From contig CAYWVF010000006.1 in the NCBI GenBank assembly GCA_964461815.1, positions 22,391 through 86,390 of the forward strand: a stretch of 64,000 nucleotides of DNA, in the 5' to 3' direction. Under the pieces are notes generated by a model. It did not search any database. It saw only the letters and a program-made list of their open reading frames with translations, and was not told the DNA's origin. This document shows, piece after piece, positions 9,909 through 20,294 of this stretch. Source of the stretch: an uncultured Oscillospiraceae bacterium. Its GTDB lineage: Bacteria > Bacillota > Clostridia > Oscillospirales > QAMX01. The translations under genes and the position numbers were made by a program. The stretch's first letter is position 1, and the number at the start of each line of letters is the position of its first letter.

Positions 9909-11210
9909 TTGAATAAAAGCTTTAAATACCTTGCAGCGGTGATCGCTGCTACAGTGCTTCTGACATTTTCCGCAGCTGCCGACAATGAGACCGACAAATA
10001 CTGCGAAGATGCACAGCTCTTGTACAACATCGGATTTATGACAGGTGACGACAACGGAATGCGTCTTTACGATGAGCTTGATCGTGCAGAGGCAGCAGTT
10101 CTTCTTTGCAGAGCATACGGAGCTGAAATGGAAGCATTATACTACAGCTCGGAATGTCCCTTTGAAGATGTGCCCGATTGGGCTGCACCGTACATAGCAT
10201 ATATGTATGACAACGGCTTTATAACAGGAAAATCCGATAAACTGTATGATCATTCTGCGCCTGTTACCATGCGTGAGTTTTATACTATCCTTCTGAGAAT
10301 GCTCGGCTACAGTGAGACAGACGGTGATTTTACATATGAGAATGCGTTGGAAATTGCCGAATCCATATGCTTAGCCGAGGATATCGAATTGACAAGTGAT
10401 CGACCATTCCTGAGGATCGATGCCGCACACGGCGTAGTATCCGCTTTGAAACAATGCTGTAAGGGCACGAACACACCGCTTGTATATATGTCGGCTTCAT
10501 ATATTGACAACTCGTATGGCATGGAAACAGCGGATATCATATTTGGAAAGCACGAGATATATGAGCAGCTCGAAAAGACACGTCAGGCAATGGAAAACGC
10601 AGGAAGCTACACGATAACACAGTATGGAAAATACGACCTCAATGATATAGACAGTGATTATGAGAAGGAAATCATTATCGAGTCGGAGGTTCGCTCCAAT
10701 CTTTTAGATATGCGTGCTGAAATCGGCATTGATGTAGACACTATGCTTGGCGGCGAAAAGATCGAGCATATGGGAGTTAATATTTTCTGCGAGGACGGTG
10801 AGCTGTTTTATTCAAGAATGGATACCGGCGGATGGTTGCAGGATAATAATATATCTGCGGCGAATGTAGAAAGATATTGCAGGATATACAGTATGCTGTT
10901 CGGATTTGAAAGCGGTATACTCGATACGGCTGACATGTACAGAGATGAAAACGGTATACACATCAAATGCTTTTCTGACAGATTCAATATCATAGGTGAT
11001 ATTACATCAAAGCAATCAGCAGGCTACTATTTTGATATCGATATAGTCATAGATCCGGAAACCGAGCTTTACAAATATGTTGATATAACATATAACGATC
11101 TGTGGACGGATGCTTACGACAGAGCTTTGAATGCGGATTTTACTGTAAGATATGATTTTTACGAATACGGCTCGACTATCGTAAATGCTTTGAATATCGT
11201 CAAGGGCTAA
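9909..11210 (+). CDS. Secreted S-layer homology (SLH) domain protein
   Basis: Signal peptide ending AAA-D; SLH repeats (DRAEAAVLL, PFEDVPDWAAPYI, TMREF, RIDAA); acidic C-terminal domain. TTG 9909 follows AAAGGTG. Confidence 0.8.
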   Translation: MNKSFKYLAAVIAATVLLTFSAAADNETDKYCEDAQLLYNIGFMTGDDNGMRLYDELDRAEAAVLLCRAYGAEMEALYYSSECPFEDVPDWAAPYIAYMYDNGFITGKSDKLYDHSAPVTMREFYTILLRMLGYSETDGDFTYENALEIAESICLAEDIELTSDRPFLRIDAAHGVVSALKQCCKGTNTPLVYMSASYIDNSYGMETADIIFGKHEIYEQLEKTRQAMENAGSYTITQYGKYDLNDIDSDYEKEIIIESEVRSNLLDMRAEIGIDVDTMLGGEKIEHMGVNIFCEDGELFYSRMDTGGWLQDNNISAANVERYCRIYSMLFGFESGILDTADMYRDENGIHIKCFSDRFNIIGDITSKQSAGYYFDIDIVIDPETELYKYVDITYNDLWTDAYDRALNADFTVRYDFYEYGSTIVNALNIVKG

Positions 11211-11273
11211 AAGTATGCAGTCTTTTTCCTAAATAACATTCGAGAATAAAGCGAATATCATATTATCATCACA

Positions 11274-11309
11274 AAGCCTCCTATAGCAAAAAAATACTAT
11301 AGGAGGCTT
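11274..11309. terminator. Intrinsic terminator hairpin
   Basis: Perfect 13-bp stem AAGCCTCCTATAG / CTATAGGAGGCTT between convergent genes. Confidence 0.75.
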
Positions 11310-11350
11310 ATTCACTGTCTGCTTATGAGCAGCCGCTTTTATCACGATCT

Positions 11351-12316
11351 CTATTGATCACGTTTTGCATATCCCGCTTCAAAATCTATCAGATTTCTAA
11401 GCTTTCTTCCACTGAGGAATCTTTCAAGATTATCTGCTGCGATCTCGACTATACGGTCATGTGTTGCCGCAAGATGAAAATAGCCTGACACATGAGGTGT
11501 AACAACAATATTCTTTATTTTCCACATGCGATGCTCCGGCGGTAACGGCTCCGGATCGGTCACATCAAGTGCAGCTCCTCCGAGCTTACCCGACTCTACC
11601 GCATCACAAAGTGCATCCGTATCTATCGCATTACCGCGGCCTACATTCAGCACCACAGCTCCGTCCTTCATATTCGCAATACGTTCACGTGAAAGTATTC
11701 TATACGTTGCAGGTGTACTCGGCAAGCTCATGGCAACTACATCCGCACGAGGAAGCAGCTCGTCGAGCTCATCCGTCAAATGCATCTCGTCAACATAATC
11801 CGGCTTGTCATTGTGTACTCTGCGTACACCTATAACATATGCGCCGAGAGCCTTCATCTTACGTGCAAAATCGCCTCCGATATCGCCCATACCGAGCACA
11901 AGAACGACGCTGCCCTCGATACCCTTGACATTACCCATATCGAGCCACTTACTTTCCGACTGATTATCACGATACAAATGCAGCTTCTTTTGCAGCATAA
12001 ACAGTGAGCCTATCATATGCTCACTTATAGCAAGCCCATATGCACCTGTAGCATTGGCAAGCTGAGCCTGTGGCGGAACCACGCCCTCGGCAATATATTC
12101 ATTGACACCGGCAGTCGATACCTGTAAAAGCTCCAGCTTTTCACTTTCCCTTATAAGCTCCGCTTTTACCGTACCTATTATCACGTTTGCCGACTGTACC
12201 ATATCACGAGTCAACTGTTCACCGCTCAAAAATAATATTTCATTGTCTCCTGCAGCTCTCTCAAGTCTTGCTCTGTGATGTGCCTCTGTCTTTATGGTAA
12301 CGATTATTCTCTTCAT
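11351..12316 (-). CDS. D-2-hydroxyacid dehydrogenase
   Basis: GMGDIG, LPSTPAT, NVGRG, LDVTDPEPL, TPHVSG. Confidence 0.92.
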   Translation of the reverse strand: MKRIIVTIKTEAHHRARLERAAGDNEILFLSGEQLTRDMVQSANVIIGTVKAELIRESEKLELLQVSTAGVNEYIAEGVVPPQAQLANATGAYGLAISEHMIGSLFMLQKKLHLYRDNQSESKWLDMGNVKGIEGSVVLVLGMGDIGGDFARKMKALGAYVIGVRRVHNDKPDYVDEMHLTDELDELLPRADVVAMSLPSTPATYRILSRERIANMKDGAVVLNVGRGNAIDTDALCDAVESGKLGGAALDVTDPEPLPPEHRMWKIKNIVVTPHVSGYFHLAATHDRIVEIAADNLERFLSGRKLRNLIDFEAGYAKRDQ

Positions 12317-12319
12317 ACT

Positions 12320-12820
12320 CTACCTCGACTCAAGCGCATTCTTTACCGAATCCGCTAATCTCTGTATTGCCTGTATATCTATACACGGCAGCTTATGTTC
12401 CTTTTTTACATCTGTATTGCTCATAACAGCTTTAAGCACGAATCTATCGAAGCTGCTCATCTTATCAAGTGGAAAGTCTCCGCCAAAGCACTCCTCGGAG
12501 CACGCATGTTCAAGAGCCAGCTTGTGGAAGTTAGTGCTGAAATACTGCTTGGCATTTGATATGAAGCCGCAGCATATATAATATGCGGTGACCTTTTTTC
12601 GCAATGTCTGCACATTCCTCAAAACGAAATTCTTTGCCCTTCGATCAAGAAGTCCATATCTTATAGAACCGCCCACTATTACAGCATCGTACATATCTAT
12701 ATTGGGATCTCTTACCTTTCTCAGATCAACAACGCTTGCATCCGGCAAAAGGTCTGCAAGCAGCTCGGCACATTTACGAGATGTTCCGGTTTTGCTACCG
12801 TATGCTATCAATATACTCAT
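12320..12820 (-). CDS. Flavodoxin-domain protein (HemG-like)
   Basis: IAYGSKTGTS FMN loop, GGSIRYG, FGG motif. Confidence 0.85.
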   Translation of the reverse strand: MSILIAYGSKTGTSRKCAELLADLLPDASVVDLRKVRDPNIDMYDAVIVGGSIRYGLLDRRAKNFVLRNVQTLRKKVTAYYICCGFISNAKQYFSTNFHKLALEHACSEECFGGDFPLDKMSSFDRFVLKAVMSNTDVKKEHKLPCIDIQAIQRLADSVKNALESR

Positions 12821-12838
12821 TTATAATTTCTCCCATAT

Positions 12839-14005
12839 TCATGCTTGAGATGTACCGTCAAGCTCACTCATCAGATCTCTGTTTCGTTTTTCTCTCATCC
12901 GCACACCGGCAACGATCCCCAGTGCGGCATACATTGCAATAATAGATGTACCTCCATAGCTGAAAAACGGCAGCGTAAGCCCTATTACAGGCAGCACACC
13001 GATATTCATTCCTATATTCAGGCACGTCTGAAAAATAAACATTCCGGCAACACCCATGCATATGACCGATGATATGCTTCCTGCTGTCCTAAAGGCTATA
13101 TACACGCATCGCACAACTACCAAAAGCAGCAGTAATATTATACATGCACAGCCTATATACCCCAGTTCTTCACCTGCAACGGAAAATATAGAATCGGTAT
13201 GCTTCGCAGGTATTATACTGTACTGCGTCTGTGAGCCTTTGAGCAGACCCTTTCCGAGTATACCTCCAGCTCTCAGTGCTATCTTACTTTGCGTCGCCTG
13301 CCATGTAACATCAGCATCAAGCTCAGGATAAAATATGACCAGTATCCTCAGCTGCTGATATTCATCCAGCAGCATATTCCATATGAGCGGTATAGACGAC
13401 AATGCTACCGCACCACATGCTGCAAACCATCTCAGCTTTACCCCTGCTGCGAACATCATAAAGCAGGCGATAAACAGAAAAGCCAGCGTCATTCCGTCGT
13501 CCTTGGAAAAAAGCATTACAAAACCTGCTGTTATACCGGCATGCGCTATAAGTGACAAGAACGGAAGAGGTCTGTTGAGCTTATTTCCGAGTGCGTTGAT
13601 ATGCCCTGCAAATGATACTATGAATATTATTTTTCCCAGCTCAGACGGTTGGATGCCGATCTTTCCGAATCTTATCCAGCCTTTGTTACCTCCCTCGGCA
13701 ACTCCGAAAAAATACAGAGAACCGAGCAGAAGCAGATTGAATATAAGTATCGGTACCCAAAAGCGAGATATAAATTCTATATCGAACATTGCTGCAATGA
13801 AATATACCAATATTCCAACACAAACAGCAAAAAGCTGCACATTTACATACTGCATTGTATTGTAGCTGTATGTGGCACTGTATATCAGCACAAGCCCATA
13901 TCCGCTCGCAATAATCGCTATAAGCAGCAGTAGCTTATCTATATATCTGACATACATCCTAAGGTCATACCATAAGCGTTTTAACACAAGCAATACCCTC
14001 TGCAA
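12839..14005 (-). CDS. rodA: FtsW/RodA/SpoVE SEDS peptidoglycan polymerase, RodA-like (start uncertain)
   Basis: WIRFGKIGIQPSELGK, YQQLRI, P..HTDSIFSVAGEELG, GLTLPFFSYGGTS. Confidence 0.8.
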   Translation of the reverse strand: MQRVLLVLKRLWYDLRMYVRYIDKLLLLIAIIASGYGLVLIYSATYSYNTMQYVNVQLFAVCVGILVYFIAAMFDIEFISRFWVPILIFNLLLLGSLYFFGVAEGGNKGWIRFGKIGIQPSELGKIIFIVSFAGHINALGNKLNRPLPFLSLIAHAGITAGFVMLFSKDDGMTLAFLFIACFMMFAAGVKLRWFAACGAVALSSIPLIWNMLLDEYQQLRILVIFYPELDADVTWQATQSKIALRAGGILGKGLLKGSQTQYSIIPAKHTDSIFSVAGEELGYIGCACIILLLLLVVVRCVYIAFRTAGSISSVICMGVAGMFIFQTCLNIGMNIGVLPVIGLTLPFFSYGGTSIIAMYAALGIVAGVRMREKRNRDLMSELDGTSQA

Positions 14006-14015
14006 AAATTATATT

Positions 14016-14786
14016 TTATTTATCTATCAGGTCATACATATAGTGGCAAAAATCAAGCACACGTGACTTATCCGATGTCATTTTACGGCTGTACACATAA
14101 CAGTTGAGCGCATCCGATATGATATCGTCATAAGGTGTTTTGCCGATCATATATTCTCCGCCCTGTTTTTTTGAAATAATGGCGCCGTCCCTGAAATATG
14201 CAAAGGATCGGCACAGATTCAAAACGTAATACATCGGAGTATCATCTGTGATCGTCTCACCGTCGATTATCTCATCGTCCTCGGCTCTGATGTCACCGAA
14301 CACGCTGTCTATGTAGTATTCTTTCTTTACTTCTCCGAATTTTTCCTCGATCGGATCACCGTAAAGCACTATTCCTGTCTTCTTTATAACTGTAAAATGT
14401 GCCGCAAGGTCAATATCGGTCTTTTCCTCATCCGAGCATATCGAATCAGGATCACGTTCGTACTGTTCACGCCAATATTCTGAAAAGTGCAGCTCAAATG
14501 GAGTAGGATAAACAAAGTTTTTCGCATATTTATCCAAAACGATACTCATCTCCAGTCCCTTATCGGGAGCAGCCTTTCTTAAGCCGTACATGAGCTTCAA
14601 AATTTCCAGCTTTTCTTCACGATCTATTTTATCACGTACAGTTACTATATAATCTATATCGCTTTTGTCAGGATTATAGCAGCCGAACGCAACAGAGCCA
14701 TGAACATAAAAGCCTGTCATATTGTCTCCGAGTATCCTTTTATATCCATCTAAAAGTGTATTCAAAACATCTTTATACGATTCCAT
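14016..14786 (-). CDS. Nucleotidyltransferase with AadA/DUF4111-type C-terminus (aminoglycoside adenylyltransferase-like)
   Basis: YVHGS...SDID, LEMSIV, PFELHFS, DIDLAAH, YYVLNLCR, ISKKQGG. Confidence 0.8.
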   Translation of the reverse strand: MESYKDVLNTLLDGYKRILGDNMTGFYVHGSVAFGCYNPDKSDIDYIVTVRDKIDREEKLEILKLMYGLRKAAPDKGLEMSIVLDKYAKNFVYPTPFELHFSEYWREQYERDPDSICSDEEKTDIDLAAHFTVIKKTGIVLYGDPIEEKFGEVKKEYYIDSVFGDIRAEDDEIIDGETITDDTPMYYVLNLCRSFAYFRDGAIISKKQGGEYMIGKTPYDDIISDALNCYVYSRKMTSDKSRVLDFCHYMYDLIDK

Positions 14787-14923
14787 TTTATGATCTCACA
14801 TTTCACGAATTTACTTATCCATTAATATTATATCAAAGCATAAACAACAAAGCAAGAACAAAAATCTTAATATATGAATGAATAAAACGATTTATTCTCA
14901 TTTAAAACTTGTATTTTCACACA

Positions 14924-14952
14924 TTGCGTTATTCGATCCGACATGCTATAAT
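14924..14952 (+). promoter_or_regulatory. Sigma-A promoter of metA
   Basis: TTGCGT-17-TATAAT with extended -10 TG. Confidence 0.6.
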
Positions 14953-14987
14953 ATTATCATCGAGCCTCAATGAAAGGAGCATAATTT

Positions 14988-15911
14988 ATGCCAATTAAAA
15001 TCCCGGAATCCCTTCCTGCATACTCTGTGCTTGAGAGTGAAAACATCTTCGTCATGAGTGAAAAACGTGCTGTGACACAGGATATACGTCCGCTCAAGCT
15101 TTTGATATTAAACATTATGCCCACAAAAATCACGACCGAAACACAGCTTCTGCGCTGCTTATCGAATACACCTCTTCAAATTGAGGTCGAATTTCTTCAA
15201 ACATCAACATACAAATCAAAAAACACTTCCGCCGAGCATCTGCTCACGTTCTATAAGACCTTCGACCAGGTCAGAAATAACCGTTACGATGGTATGATAA
15301 TAACAGGAGCACCTGTCGAAACGCTCGAATTTGAAGACGTTCATTACTGGAAAGAGCTGTGCGACATTTTCGAGTGGACAAAAACGAACGTCTACTCTGT
15401 ATTCCATATCTGCTGGGGCGCACAGGCAGGTCTGTACTATCACTATGGTATTCCGAAATACGAGCTGCCCAAAAAGATGTTCGGCATATTCCGTCACAAA
15501 ATACACGTAAAAAACGAGCCTCTGCTCCGAGGCTTTAACGAATATTTCAATGCTCCTCATTCACGTCATACGGAGGTTCGCATGGAGGATATCGTCAAGG
15601 TGCCGGAGCTGAAAATACTGGCTACCTCCGATATTGCCGGAATGTATCTTATCATGGCTAAGGGTGGTCGTCAGATATTCGTAATGGGTCATTCGGAATA
15701 TGATGCAGATACGCTTGCAGGCGAGTATTTCCGTGATGTCAACAAGGGACTTGATATCGAAGTTCCGTACAACTATTTCCCGGATAATGATCCGACAAAG
15801 GAGCCTACAGTCACATGGAGAGCTCATTCTGCTCTGCTCTATTCAAACTGGCTCAACTATTACGTCTACCAGAGCACTCCATATAACCTTGATGAGCTTG
15901 AAACACACTGA
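14988..15911 (+). CDS. metA: Homoserine O-acyltransferase, MetA family, predicted acetyl-CoA specific
   Basis: MPIKIP, NIMPTK, TGAPVE, HICWGAQ, PHSRH, GHSEY. Confidence 0.95.
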   Translation: MPIKIPESLPAYSVLESENIFVMSEKRAVTQDIRPLKLLILNIMPTKITTETQLLRCLSNTPLQIEVEFLQTSTYKSKNTSAEHLLTFYKTFDQVRNNRYDGMIITGAPVETLEFEDVHYWKELCDIFEWTKTNVYSVFHICWGAQAGLYYHYGIPKYELPKKMFGIFRHKIHVKNEPLLRGFNEYFNAPHSRHTEVRMEDIVKVPELKILATSDIAGMYLIMAKGGRQIFVMGHSEYDADTLAGEYFRDVNKGLDIEVPYNYFPDNDPTKEPTVTWRAHSALLYSNWLNYYVYQSTPYNLDELETH

Positions 15912-15944
15912 CTGCTCGTTCGATAAAATCGTATATGTATTTAC

Positions 15945-15990
15945 ATTTTGGTCATTTGGAAATCGCATTCCGAATGGCCAAAATTTTGTT
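15945..15990 (+). terminator. Intrinsic terminator after metA
   Basis: ATTTTGGTCATTTGGAA / TTCCGAATGGCCAAAAT stem with G-U pairs, followed by Ts. Confidence 0.65.
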
Positions 15991-16044
15991 TATATTCAAT
16001 TTAGAATTTGATATTATAATATACTGTGCAAATGGGGGTATATT

Positions 16045-17052
16045 ATGAAACATAAAAAAACCAAGCTGACAAAGCATGTCAAGCCTTCTTCCGCAAGCAT
16101 CATAACTACAGATATTGAAAAGGAAAGTCTGGAGCTACTCAATATTTCCGATAAAACGAGAGAAAATATATCTGAGTACTATGCACTCATTGCAAATGCC
16201 GAGCAGACAAAAGAGATGGATGATGAAGTCATCGCAAAGGTCGATTCATTTAAACGTGCAAGCGCAAACATAGGGAAAGCATATATACAGACTATAGACC
16301 TCAGTGATGAGCTTAATGCACGATGGTCTGATTTGAAAAGCAGCAAGAGAAAGCGTCTGCTTCCCGCCGCACCGACTAACGCTTCTATCGATATGTCTGA
16401 ATTGGAGTCCGATCATTTTGCACGCGGACTGAACATGTATAAGCTGCTTCTCATATGCTTTGTCGGCAGCTTTTTAGGCGTCGTGATCGAGCTTCTATAC
16501 TGCTACGTCACAAATGGTTATTTTGAAAGCCGCTCTGGTTTGGTATACGGTCCGTTTAATCTGCTCTACGGAGTCGGTGCTGTCGCACTTTCAGCTTCTC
16601 TGTACAAATTCAGGAACAGAGGAAAGTGGCTCTCATTTCTCGGAGGCTTCATCGTCGGCAGTGCAGTGGAATATGTGTGTTCCTGGGGTCAAGAGCTTAT
16701 TTTCGGCTCACGTTCATGGGATTACACACATCTTCCGTTCAATATCAACGGCAGGATATGTCTTATGTATTCTATCTTCTGGGGATTTCTCAGTATTTTC
16801 TGGGTCAAAGAGGTCTATCCTCGAATGGCAAAATGGATACTTAAGATACCTAACAGGAGTGGCAAGCTCATAACATGGATACTCGTCGTATTCTTTGCTT
16901 TCAATGCCTGTGTAACAGGGCTATCCGTTTACAGATGGTCGGAAAGACTCAACGATACTGAGCCATCAAATCGGTTTTTGGAATTTATCGATGATCGATT
17001 CCCCGATGAACGAATGGAGCGTATATTTGCGAATATGGATTTCGTGAATTAA
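16045..17052 (+). CDS. Putative ABC transporter permease (CmpB/DUF1113-like) with soluble N-terminal extension
   Basis: SFLGVVIE, GPFNLLYG, AVEY, WDYTHLPFNINGRICL motifs. Confidence 0.75.
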   Translation: MKHKKTKLTKHVKPSSASIITTDIEKESLELLNISDKTRENISEYYALIANAEQTKEMDDEVIAKVDSFKRASANIGKAYIQTIDLSDELNARWSDLKSSKRKRLLPAAPTNASIDMSELESDHFARGLNMYKLLLICFVGSFLGVVIELLYCYVTNGYFESRSGLVYGPFNLLYGVGAVALSASLYKFRNRGKWLSFLGGFIVGSAVEYVCSWGQELIFGSRSWDYTHLPFNINGRICLMYSIFWGFLSIFWVKEVYPRMAKWILKIPNRSGKLITWILVVFFAFNACVTGLSVYRWSERLNDTEPSNRFLEFIDDRFPDERMERIFANMDFVN

Positions 17053-17207
17053 ATTTTTATTATTTAACGTCAATTTGACGATTTTATCGTTCAAATCATC
17101 ACCAATCTGTCATTTTATGTCAACACATTCAGCTTGATTTCGATATTTTAAAAGAGTAGAATTATTACGTATAATAGATATTATGTTCTTGGAAAGGATT
17201 TATTTGA

Positions 17208-20200
17208 ATGCTTGAACTAAAGAGAATCACTAAAGACTATCCTGCCGGAGACGGTACCGTACATGCTCTGCAGGGTATAGATCTGAAATTCAGAAAAAGT
17301 GAATTCGTATCTATCCTCGGACCATCCGGCTGTGGTAAAACTACGATGCTAAACATCATCGGTGGTCTGGATCAGTATACGAGCGGAGATCTAGTTATAA
17401 ACGGCACATCCACAAAGGATTTTAAGGACAGGGATTGGGACACCTACAGGAATCATTCCATCGGATTCGTTTTTCAAAGCTACAATCTCATACCGCATCA
17501 GTCCGTTCTTCAAAACGTAGAGCTCGCACTCAGCCTTTCGGGTGTTTCAAAATCCGAGAGAAGAAAGCGTGCGAAAAAGGCTCTTGAAGAGGTCGGTCTC
17601 TCCACGCAGATCAATAAAAAGCCAAGCGAAATGTCGGGCGGTCAGATGCAGCGTGTAGCTATCGCACGTGCCATAGTAAATAATCCCGATATAATCCTTG
17701 CCGACGAGCCTACAGGTGCTCTCGACAGTGAAACGAGCGTACAGGTAATGGATATCCTCAAGGATATATCAAAGGACAGACTCGTTATCATGGTCACTCA
17801 CAATCCCGACATCGCGGAAAAATATTCTACACGTATCGTTCGAATGCTTGACGGTACGATAATCTCCGATTCTGCACCATTAAATGCCGAGGAGGTACGT
17901 CGTGAGCACGAGCTGGAGGCTGCATCTACCATAGGAAAGACAAAGAAGCCGTCTATGTCCTTTGCTACATCCTTTGGACTATCTCTGAAAAACCTTTTCA
18001 CGAAAAAAGGACGTACGATCCTTACATCCTTCGCAGGCAGCATAGGCATTATAGGTATCGCTCTGATATTCGCTGTATCTAACGGTATGACCACGTATAT
18101 AAATACCGTCCAAGAGGACACGCTATCATCATATCCTCTGACACTTGAAGCGCAGCATACCGATCTCGGTTCTCTGATGGAAACATTTATAAGCACTGCC
18201 AAGTCCTATGACGACCATGAGCTTGACGCAGTCTATCAAAAGCCGGTCGTTTATGACCTTGTAAATTCACTCAACTCCATCGAAACAAAGGAGAACGATC
18301 TTAAGTCATTCAAAAAATACATAGAATCTGAGATCGACAGTGTCGAAAACGAGGGTGAGCTCAAAGAAGCTATCAGCGGCATACAGTATACATACGATAT
18401 TGATCTGCTTATCTACACCGAAAATGTTGACGGGAAAATAATTCCATCGGATATGCAGCAGCTGATGGAAGATATACTCATGAAATATTTTGGTCAGAGT
18501 ATGTTTTCTGTCGATGACCTTGGTTCATCATCACTCTTAAGCAGCACTTCATCAATGTCTTCAATGCGTAACGCCGTTTCCATGGTATGGCAGGAAATGC
18601 TTCCCGGAGATCACGGCAAGCTCATCAGTCCGCTGCTTGAAAAGCAGTACGATGTAGTATACGGCTCATGGCCCACCGAATACAACGAGGTAGTTCTGGT
18701 GCTCGACGAGAACAACGAGCTTGATGATATGACACTTTATGCACTCGGACTCAAATCCGAAGATGATATAGATGCTATCGTTGATGCTGCCTTTAACAAG
18801 AAGGAGCTTGAGGTCGATAGGCAGACATGGACGTATGAAGAGATCTGCGACATGGAATTTCGCACAGTTCTCAGCTCCGACTGCTACACATATGACGAAT
18901 CTACAGGTCTTTACACCGATCTGCGTGATACAGACGCCGGTCTTAAGTATTTATACGATAATGGTATGACTCTTAAGGTCTCCGGCATCGTTCGTCCGAA
19001 TGTAGATGCATTGTCCGCAATGCTTACAGGCTCCATAGGCTATACCTCGGAGCTTACAGAATACATAATCGAACAGTCCAGGGGCAGCAATGCAATAAAA
19101 GCTCAGCTTGATGATCCGCAGCATGATATTTTCACAGGTCTACCATTCAACGAAACAACAGGTGATCTGTCCGATGAGGAAAAGGAAACCGCTTTCCTTG
19201 CATATACTGATGAGCTCGATATTCAGGGCAAAGCCGATACATATGTCGCTATAATGAGTATCCCCTCTCAGGAGCAGCTTGACGAGGCTGTTGAGCAGGC
19301 TCTCGGAAGCATGACACGTGAGGATATGGATAATGCACTGGTACAGTCACTTACGATGCAAATGGGCATGAGTGAGGATGATATAAAAGAGTATATTTCA
19401 TCTATGTCCGACGAGGATATGACAGATCTGTTTACTCAAATGATCGCAGAGCAGACAAAGCTCCAATATGCCGAGCAGGTGCAGCAGCATCTCAGCACAA
19501 TGACTACAGAGCAGCTTGCAGGTGCATTTGATATGGCAATAGACGGATTCACAACAGAGCAGTATGCCTCCTACTACGATGATATCCTTGAATTTTCATC
19601 CTCGACCTACGACCGCAACATGCGTACACTCGGCTATGTCAATCTCGACGATCCGTCAAGCATTAATTTATTCGCATCTTCATTCGCAAACAAGGATATA
19701 ATCGAGGATGCCATCACAGAATATAACGATTCCGTTGACGAGCTGTCACAAATCAGCTACACCGACTATGTAGGGCTTATGATGTCCTCTATCACAACGA
19801 TCATTGATGCGATCACCTACGTACTGATAGCATTTGTCGCCATCTCGCTCATAGTATCATCTATCATGATCGGAGTTATCACACTTATTTCCGTTCAGGA
19901 GAGAACGAAGGAGATCGGTATACTCCGTGCTATCGGTGCATCAAAGAGAAATGTTTCAAGCATGTTTAATGCCGAAACCGTGATAATAGGATTCACCTCC
20001 GGTACGCTCGGTGTACTTATAACGTATCTGCTGTGCATACCAATCAATTCTATTTTGCATCATCTCACCGGAATAAACAATCTGGACGCTATCCTTCCCA
20101 TACCTGTAGCCGTTATCCTCGTGCTGATCAGTATGGCACTTACGCTCTTGTCCGGTATCATTCCGTCAAAGAGTGCGGCAAAGAAGGACCCTGTCGTTGC

Positions 20201-20216
20201 TCTGAGAACCGAATAA
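17208..20216 (+). CDS. MacB-like fused ABC ATPase/FtsX permease
   Basis: GPSGCGKT, MSGGQMQR, ILADEPTG, VTH; C-terminal SVQERTKEIGILRAIGA and AAKKDPVVALRTE. Confidence 0.92.
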   Translation: MLELKRITKDYPAGDGTVHALQGIDLKFRKSEFVSILGPSGCGKTTMLNIIGGLDQYTSGDLVINGTSTKDFKDRDWDTYRNHSIGFVFQSYNLIPHQSVLQNVELALSLSGVSKSERRKRAKKALEEVGLSTQINKKPSEMSGGQMQRVAIARAIVNNPDIILADEPTGALDSETSVQVMDILKDISKDRLVIMVTHNPDIAEKYSTRIVRMLDGTIISDSAPLNAEEVRREHELEAASTIGKTKKPSMSFATSFGLSLKNLFTKKGRTILTSFAGSIGIIGIALIFAVSNGMTTYINTVQEDTLSSYPLTLEAQHTDLGSLMETFISTAKSYDDHELDAVYQKPVVYDLVNSLNSIETKENDLKSFKKYIESEIDSVENEGELKEAISGIQYTYDIDLLIYTENVDGKIIPSDMQQLMEDILMKYFGQSMFSVDDLGSSSLLSSTSSMSSMRNAVSMVWQEMLPGDHGKLISPLLEKQYDVVYGSWPTEYNEVVLVLDENNELDDMTLYALGLKSEDDIDAIVDAAFNKKELEVDRQTWTYEEICDMEFRTVLSSDCYTYDESTGLYTDLRDTDAGLKYLYDNGMTLKVSGIVRPNVDALSAMLTGSIGYTSELTEYIIEQSRGSNAIKAQLDDPQHDIFTGLPFNETTGDLSDEEKETAFLAYTDELDIQGKADTYVAIMSIPSQEQLDEAVEQALGSMTREDMDNALVQSLTMQMGMSEDDIKEYISSMSDEDMTDLFTQMIAEQTKLQYAEQVQQHLSTMTTEQLAGAFDMAIDGFTTEQYASYYDDILEFSSSTYDRNMRTLGYVNLDDPSSINLFASSFANKDIIEDAITEYNDSVDELSQISYTDYVGLMMSSITTIIDAITYVLIAFVAISLIVSSIMIGVITLISVQERTKEIGILRAIGASKRNVSSMFNAETVIIGFTSGTLGVLITYLLCIPINSILHHLTGINNLDAILPIPVAVILVLISMALTLLSGIIPSKSAAKKDPVVALRTE

Positions 20217-20248
20217 AAGGCTTGTATATCCAATAGCTGTAAATTAAT

Positions 20249-20294
20249 AAACAGAGCAGTCTCACCTGTAAGCAAAGTGAGTCTGCTCTGTTTT
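20249..20294. terminator. Bidirectional intrinsic terminator
   Basis: AAACAGAGCAG-TCTCAC...GTGAG-TCTGCTCTGTTT between convergent genes. Confidence 0.7.
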
